From contig JACPSI010000120.1 of assembly GCA_016193365.1 (NCBI GenBank), forward strand, positions 2,640 through 66,639: 64,000 bases of DNA. The letters are read 5' to 3'. A model generated the notes under the pieces. The model saw nothing but the letters and a program-made list of their open reading frames with translations, had not been told where the DNA came from and searched no databases. The stretch is from Ignavibacteriales bacterium (lineage in GTDB: Bacteria > Bacteroidota > Ignavibacteria > UBA10030). Position numbers and translations under genes: made by a program. This document shows, one piece after another, positions 58,269 to 64,000 of the stretch (the first letter of the stretch is position 1; every line of letters begins with the position of its first letter).

Positions 58269-58552
58269 TCGAGGGAGTCAGAAGTCAGATCCTTCAATGC
58301 AACATCGGTAGGTTTCGAACGTTGCTCAAACTCCAGGCTGATTTTCAGCTGGTCGGGGTTGACGGCGGTGTCCATCTCGTCTTCGGCCTCCGTCGTCGTC
58401 GAAAGCTGGTTGAGCGTCTCGATTCTCTGGCGGAGCTCGATCTTGATTTCATCATGGACCTGGCGTGCGCGTTTGGAAGCGATGACGATTGCTTCGTACA
58501 GGTTTGAAACGTTGCTGATGAATTTCTCCATGTCGACTGGCTTTAACGGCAC
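58214..58552 (-). CDS. rpoZ: RNA polymerase omega-subunit-like protein (RpoZ core with acidic C-terminal extension)
   Basis: NLYEAIVIASKRARQV matches the omega motif (compare B. subtilis KYTLVTVSARRAREM). Conserved gmk-rpoZ-coaBC order. Confidence 0.65.
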   Translation of the reverse strand: MPLKPVDMEKFISNVSNLYEAIVIASKRARQVHDEIKIELRQRIETLNQLSTTTEAEDEMDTAVNPDQLKISLEFEQRSKPTDVALKDLTSDSLEWRYKEVEEVKPKEEETE

Positions 58553-58566
58553 TGCGTTGTACCTCC

Positions 58567-59160
58567 TTAGTGTTGTAACGTTGTTGAGTGAGTGTGTTCT
58601 TTAATAATTGCATCTATTTCGGCGATGGCTCGTTCGAGCTCATCGTTGACAACCTGGAAGTCGAATTCTCTTCCTTTTTCCATCTCCATTTCTGCGCGTT
58701 CAAGGCGTCTCCGCATCGTCGCAGGGTCTTCCGTTTTTCTGTTTATGAGTCTCTCCTTCAACGCTTCAAAGCTCGGTGGCTTGATAAATATCAAGACAGC
58801 GTCCTGGGGATACTTGCGCTTGATGGAAAGAGCGCCCTTCACGTCAACATCAAACAGCATGACACGGCCACCGGTCAACGCCCTCTCAACTTCGCTTTTG
58901 AGGGTCCCATAATAGTTGCCGTGCGTTTCATCGGGATATTTTTCCCATTCGACGAGGTCCTGCGTGGACAGTTTTTTCTCAAACTGCTCACGTGAAAGAA
59001 AGAAGTAGTCTTTGCCTTCCTTTTCCTCGTTGCGCATCGGCCTTGTTGTCGCCGAGACGGAAAACAGCATTTCGGGATATTTCTGCATGATCGCCTTCGC
59101 GATGGTCGTTTTTCCGCTGCCGCTGGGCGCGGAAAGCACGATAAGCTTTCCCCGGCTCAC
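58567..59160 (-). CDS. gmk: guanylate kinase
   Basis: P-loop LSAPSGSGKTT. TTRPMR GMP-binding motif. Confidence 0.9.
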   Translation of the reverse strand: MSRGKLIVLSAPSGSGKTTIAKAIMQKYPEMLFSVSATTRPMRNEEKEGKDYFFLSREQFEKKLSTQDLVEWEKYPDETHGNYYGTLKSEVERALTGGRVMLFDVDVKGALSIKRKYPQDAVLIFIKPPSFEALKERLINRKTEDPATMRRRLERAEMEMEKGREFDFQVVNDELERAIAEIDAIIKEHTHSTTLQH

Positions 59161-60077
59161 TCGATATTCTGCAGTTGTTCCCGGATTCTTTCCAGCTCTT
59201 CCTTCACCTTAACGACGAGATGGGCCATGGCGGCGTCGTTTGCCTTCGAGCCTATGGTATTTGCTTCACGGTTCATTTCCTGGACGAGAAAATTCAGCTT
59301 TCTGCCAGCCGAGGGCTCTTCTTTCAGTGCCTCAAGGAAAAACTTGTTGTGGCTCCGGTAGCGTACGCATTCCTCGGTCACGTCGAGCTTGTCCGCCAGG
59401 AGCGAAACCTCGAGCTCGAGCCGGCTCTGGTCGATGATGTTTTTATCCGTCAGAAGCTGCGCGACTCTTTCGAGGAGCCGTTTTTTTTCTTCCGGGATGC
59501 GTTCAACGGAGAGTTTTTCAATCTGGCCAATCGCGTCATCCATCCATTGCACACGCCGTTGCAGGTCCGCCGAGAGTTCGGCGCCCTCTTTTTTGCGCAT
59601 CTCCACAAGCTGGAGGAGCGCTACCTTCAGCGCCTCTTCCACCACGTGCCATTCTTTTTCATCGCTTTCCGATTCGTCCGCGGCTTCAAGCACTTCCGAA
59701 AAATTCAGGATGTGTTCGAGCTTTACTTTTTCGCGCAGCTTGATGGCTTTCCTGAGGTCGTTCAGAAGCTTGTAGTACAACCGTGCTGCGGACGCGTTGA
59801 CCTTGAGTGGCGCCGCGCCATTCAGATTTTTTTCGATTTTGACGACGACATTCAGGCTGCCGCGATTGAGTACAGACCGGGCGATTTCTTTGATGTCCCT
59901 CTCGCGTTGCGAAAGAGAACGGGGAAGCCGCGTCGTCACTTCCAGGAACCTGCTGTTCACGCTTCGCGCTTCCACGAGCGCTGAGATGCCCATTTTTGAG
60001 ACTTCGGCCTTGCCAAAGCCCGTCATACTCGCAATCAATGTTTCAATCCGGTCTGTTTTTGATGTCTTTTCATTCAA
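59157..60077 (-). CDS. yicC: YicC/YloC family stress-induced protein (UPF0701)
   Basis: N-terminus MTGFGKAE...VNSRFLE. Conserved position upstream of gmk with a 4-nt overlap. Confidence 0.8.
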   Translation of the reverse strand: MNEKTSKTDRIETLIASMTGFGKAEVSKMGISALVEARSVNSRFLEVTTRLPRSLSQRERDIKEIARSVLNRGSLNVVVKIEKNLNGAAPLKVNASAARLYYKLLNDLRKAIKLREKVKLEHILNFSEVLEAADESESDEKEWHVVEEALKVALLQLVEMRKKEGAELSADLQRRVQWMDDAIGQIEKLSVERIPEEKKRLLERVAQLLTDKNIIDQSRLELEVSLLADKLDVTEECVRYRSHNKFFLEALKEEPSAGRKLNFLVQEMNREANTIGSKANDAAMAHLVVKVKEELERIREQLQNIE

Positions 60078-60217
60078 AATGTACGGAAATTCGGCAGGGT
60101 GAGCAAGGATTAGTTATAGACATCATCTGCACCGGATTGTTCACCCTTTATCCACATGCATGCGTTGCTTTTCCCTCCAAAATTCTTGAATTTTTGCTGG
60201 CCTGTGCATAAGCCGGG

Positions 60218-61885
60218 ATGATAGCCAATTATTACACACTTCTGCACGTTGCTCGAGACCTCGACCAGCGCCTCAGCGGAAAACAGTTCCACGAGATTTT
60301 TTCACAGAACAAGAACGAACTGATCATATGCTGCGGTGAAGAGGATTTTGTTGTTGTCAGCTGCGAGCCGTCCGCGAACTACATTACACATCGCGATTCA
60401 TTTGCGCGGGCGAAAAAGAATTCCGTGAATCTGTTTCAGCCGCTCGTCGGACGCACGATCCGCAGCGTGTCGCTTTCACTCGGGGACCGGGAAGTCATTT
60501 TCCGTACAGATGAGAAAGCAAGCCTCATCGTTCAGATGTTTGGCTCAAAAGCAAACGTGTTCCTGGTGACGACCGATTATACCATACAACAATCTTTCCT
60601 CAAACCAAAAGACTCCGTAGGAACAATCTATGCGCCGCGGCAGAGCATGTACCAGGGCTTTAGTAACGGGAAGGATTTCGGTGCTTCATTGTCGTCGCTC
60701 AAGGATGCGACCGCGCAAACGGCACTGAAGAAAATGTTTCCTCAACTCGGCTCTCTACTCGTTCAAGAATTGATTGACCGCGCCGGAATTCAGGAGGACA
60801 TTAATATTTCCGCCGCACAACACGTTTCCGCCCTCTTCAGCGCATACGTTGACCTGTTGTCGAACCTGACGTCTCGCCCCTCGCCCAGGATCTACTTTGA
60901 CGGCTCACTTCCAAAGGAATTTTCCATTGTGCCTCTCAGTAAACACGCGAATCTTGAGATGCGGACATTTGTTTCCATCCACGAGGCGATTCGCACCTTC
61001 GTGTCCGGCCAGCAGAGGGATAAGCAATTTTGCGAACAAAAAAACGAACTCGCAAAGGTTGTGGCACACGAAGTTGAACGGAGTGAGCGGACCCTCCAAA
61101 AGTTGTCGCAGGAGATGCAGTCAGGCGACCGGGCGAAGGAATACGAAACGATCGGCAAGCTCCTCATGGCAAACCTGGGGGTTGTCCGAAAGGGCTTGAA
61201 GAAAGTTCAACTGGAGAACATTTTCGCCGCTCCTTCATCGACACTCACGATCCAACTTGAACCGGCATTGACTGCCACCCAGAACGCCGAGCGATACTTT
61301 CAGAAATCAAAAAAAGCCCGCTCTGCGCAGGAAGAAAATCATCAGCGGAAGGATCGACTGACGCGGCTTGTCCATGACGGACGCAGACTTCTGACGGAGC
61401 TGGATAATCTCGAGTCGACAGAGGGCCTCCAGAAATTCACAAGCGAGCATCGTGACCTGTTGACCACGTTCGGCGTGAGGCTCAACAGACACGGGAAGCG
61501 ATTACATGAAGAGCGCGTGCCATTCAGAATTTTTACTGTCAGCGGTGGATTCGAGGTCTGGGTCGGAAAAAGCAGCGAGAACAACGACCTGTTGACAGTG
61601 AAGTATGCAAAGCCTAACGACCTCTGGTTCCATGCGCGCGGGTCGAGCGGCTCTCATGTTGTGCTGAAAGTCGGCACAGGGAAAGGCGAGCCCGGCAAAC
61701 AGGCAATCGAGCAAGCTGCGGCCATCGCGGCGTACTACAGCAAAATGAAGAATTCAAAAACCGTCCCCGTCGCCATGACGCAGAAGAAATACGTCCGCAA
61801 GCCACGACGTGCCCCGGCAGGCACTGTGACCATCGAACGTGAAAAACTTTTTTTTGTGGAACCCAAACTCCCGACACCTTTGTGA
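60218..61885 (+). CDS. NFACT-family RNA-binding protein (FbpA/RqcH-like, DUF814)
   Basis: C-terminal DLWFHARGSSGSHVVLK (NFACT-R/DUF814 motif). 555 aa. Confidence 0.75.
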   Translation: MIANYYTLLHVARDLDQRLSGKQFHEIFSQNKNELIICCGEEDFVVVSCEPSANYITHRDSFARAKKNSVNLFQPLVGRTIRSVSLSLGDREVIFRTDEKASLIVQMFGSKANVFLVTTDYTIQQSFLKPKDSVGTIYAPRQSMYQGFSNGKDFGASLSSLKDATAQTALKKMFPQLGSLLVQELIDRAGIQEDINISAAQHVSALFSAYVDLLSNLTSRPSPRIYFDGSLPKEFSIVPLSKHANLEMRTFVSIHEAIRTFVSGQQRDKQFCEQKNELAKVVAHEVERSERTLQKLSQEMQSGDRAKEYETIGKLLMANLGVVRKGLKKVQLENIFAAPSSTLTIQLEPALTATQNAERYFQKSKKARSAQEENHQRKDRLTRLVHDGRRLLTELDNLESTEGLQKFTSEHRDLLTTFGVRLNRHGKRLHEERVPFRIFTVSGGFEVWVGKSSENNDLLTVKYAKPNDLWFHARGSSGSHVVLKVGTGKGEPGKQAIEQAAAIAAYYSKMKNSKTVPVAMTQKKYVRKPRRAPAGTVTIEREKLFFVEPKLPTPL

Positions 61886-62805
61886 CGTTGCCTCGCGAAA
61901 TCCTTCAACGCATTAAGGAAATCGAGTCCGACACGACGAGCGGTTCTCTTGCAATAACTAGAAAAGCAGCGATCACCGTTCTCCATTTTGTTGTCCGTAT
62001 GCAACACTCCAGACCGTCCGATGTTCGCAGCAACCTCATCCGGATTTCTGAGCGTTTGATTCACGCACAGCCCGCGATGGGCGCGCTTGTAAATCTGGCG
62101 GGAATAATGAGGACTGTTTCGGAGGAATCTGAGGAAAAGAAACTTTCGCAAATCGTCAAAGCCGTTGTAAAAGAGTATGTCCGACAACTTGGCGAATCCT
62201 CTGAAGCGATTTCCCTCTCTGCCTCACGGCTCATAAAAAACAACAGAACGGTGATAACGCATTCTTTCAGCTCTGTTGTCCTTCAAACATTACTGCGCGC
62301 GCATAACCAGGGGAGACGATTTCGAGTGATCTGTACGGAATCGCGTCCTACGCGCGAGGGCTTGACTCTTGCAAAAAAACTCGGCAAACATGGCATTCCC
62401 ACAACCGTGGTGGCGGACGCCGCAGTGTTTTCACATCTTTCAAATGCGGCAAGTGTTCTTGTGGGGGCTGACGCTGTTACACGGAACGCTCTTGTGAACA
62501 AAGTGGGGACGTATCCCATCGCGCTCGCCGCAAAGGTTAAACGAATTCCGTTTTTTGTGCTTTGCTGTTCCCTGAAATTCGTACCGGACCGCCTGATCCC
62601 GTCAACATTCGCTTTACAGAACCCGGAGGAAATCCTGGGTCCGCGGCGGTTCCGCCATGTCACCGCCCGCAATATTTATTTCGATTCAACTCCTCTTGCA
62701 TACATAACTCGAATAATCAACGAAAAAGGCGCGTTCACTCCAGGGAAGTTCACACGCGAAGCTAAATTGTCCATGCGCCCAAACCGTTTTCGGCCCCTTC
62801 CTTGA
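61882..62805 (+). CDS. eIF-2B alpha/beta/delta-like family protein (MtnA / ribose-1,5-bisphosphate isomerase-like fold)
   Basis: VITHSFSSVV...VICTESRP...VLVGADAV...VGTYPIALAA pattern of the IF-2B (PF01008) family. 4-nt overlap with the upstream gene. Confidence 0.6.
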   Translation: MTLPREILQRIKEIESDTTSGSLAITRKAAITVLHFVVRMQHSRPSDVRSNLIRISERLIHAQPAMGALVNLAGIMRTVSEESEEKKLSQIVKAVVKEYVRQLGESSEAISLSASRLIKNNRTVITHSFSSVVLQTLLRAHNQGRRFRVICTESRPTREGLTLAKKLGKHGIPTTVVADAAVFSHLSNAASVLVGADAVTRNALVNKVGTYPIALAAKVKRIPFFVLCCSLKFVPDRLIPSTFALQNPEEILGPRRFRHVTARNIYFDSTPLAYITRIINEKGAFTPGKFTREAKLSMRPNRFRPLP

Positions 62806-62845
62806 CTTTCCTCGCGCCTTTCCCTAATTTTTTTCAAGCGTTTCT

Positions 62846-64000
62846 TATGTCTTTCCAAACCTCGGCGCGAATCGCGATTTCAGTAGCTTGCTGCTTTTCC
62901 TTCTGGAAGGCTCTGGCCCAACCCGCTTCCGACTACGCACTCGACCCAGACAAAGCCATCAGCCAGTTTCTCCACAAAGTGTGGCAATCGGAGGACGGCC
63001 TACCCCAGAACTCCATTACTTCTCTTCTGCAAACGCAAGACGGCTACTTATGGATTGGAACACTGGAGGGCCTTGTCCGTTTCGACGGCGCACGCTTCAC
63101 CGTTTTTGACAAACGCAATACGCCTGCGCTCAAGAGCAACCGGATTTGGTCCCTGTGTGAAGACCGGCAGCTGAATCTCTGGATCGGAACGGAAAACGGC
63201 GGTCTCACCTGTTTTCACAACGGTTCCTTTGAAACGTTCGATACCTCGGACGGACTGCTCAGTAATACGGTGTTTAAAGTCTACGAGGACCGAAAGGGCA
63301 GCCTCTGGGTCGGGACTTTTGCGGGGTTGAACATCAAAACTAACGGACGCTTTGCCGAGTTCGTCGCGCGCACAGCACTTCCACGAAAACCGGTTTGGGG
63401 CATTTGTGAAGATTTCCGCGGCACGCTTTGGTTTGGCTCTACCGGAATCTATTCACTCGACGGAAATAGATTCGTCCGTCATGCATCGCAAGACTTCAGC
63501 TTGAGCATGGTGTGGGCTTTGCAATTCGACTCAAAGGATAACCTGTGGATAGGTTCCGATCTCGGACTATTAAAATACAAGAACGGAAAATTCTCTTCCC
63601 TTGAATTGACCGAAACGCCCGTCGTCCCTGCAATTCGCTCTCTCCTCCTCGACGCAAAAGGCTCACTCTGGATCGGGACGGACGGAAGAGGACTTTTCCG
63701 CATTAGCAACAACCGGATAAGTACTTACAGTTTGGCAGAAGGCTTATCGAGCAACAGCGTGTACGCATTGATGCAGGATCGTGAGGGGAGCCTGTGGATT
63801 GGGACCAACGGCGGAGGACTGAACCAGGTACGCCGCGCAAAATTCACTTCGTACACAACCCTGGTTGGGCTTTCACACGATTTCGTTTGGTCCGTGTGCG
63901 AGGATCGGAAAAAAAATATCTGGGTTGGCACCTACGACGGACTGACGCGGCTGTCGGGCGGCTCAGCACGCGTGTACTCGCTTGCGGACGGCCTGAGGAA
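62846..64000 (+). CDS. ligand-binding sensor protein with two-component-regulator beta-propeller repeats (N-terminal part; ORF runs off the window)
   Basis: ATG at 62846. Signal peptide. Repeated LWIGT/LWVGT...GL motifs every ~45 aa (Reg_prop repeats). No stop before 64000. Confidence 0.7.

Noticed and set aside
59175-59984. 269-aa plus-strand ORF
   Set aside because: Antisense to yicC with biased composition. yicC has clear family motifs.

Overview
This 64-kb window is a gene-dense bacterial chromosomal segment of about 52% GC. The gene content suggests an FCB-group organism (Ignavibacteria- or Bacteroidota-like), but that assignment is an inference and has not been checked.

About 60 protein-coding genes and two tRNAs can be supported. 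The tRNAs are tRNA-Val(UAC) and tRNA-Gly(CCC), both on the minus strand. No rRNA, CRISPR array, IS element or transposase was seen.

Recognisable modules:
- A partial urate-catabolism pair (5-hydroxyisourate hydrolase and a PuuD-like membrane urate hydroxylase), interrupted by a frameshifted DUF559 remnant.
- A complete aerotolerance-type operon (MoxR ATPase, DUF58, hypothetical, BatA, BatB-BatC fused in frame, BatD, BatE) bracketed by the two tRNAs.
- AddA-like and AddB-like helicase-nuclease genes.
- A minus-strand signalling cluster: two STAS proteins, a multi-TM sensor fused to a PP2C (SpoIIE-type) phosphatase, a frameshifted paralog of that sensor, a YdjM-like membrane hydrolase and two membrane proteins. 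No GHKL serine kinase is present.
- A DUF1460-macro-DUF2911-CDGSH four-gene operon.
- A housekeeping block: dnaB, family-4 UDG, coaBC, rpoZ-like, gmk, yicC, NFACT, eIF-2B-like.

The most unusual non-coding signals are:
- A hairpin-repeat family with a conserved loop (TTCGACTYCGCTCA) and covarying stems around a small GIY-YIG nuclease gene.
- Arrays of CCTTG-W-CAAGG and ACCTTC-S-GAAGGT palindromes in the addA-addB spacer and on both sides of the UDG gene. They occur as pairs at a recurring 30-bp spacing.
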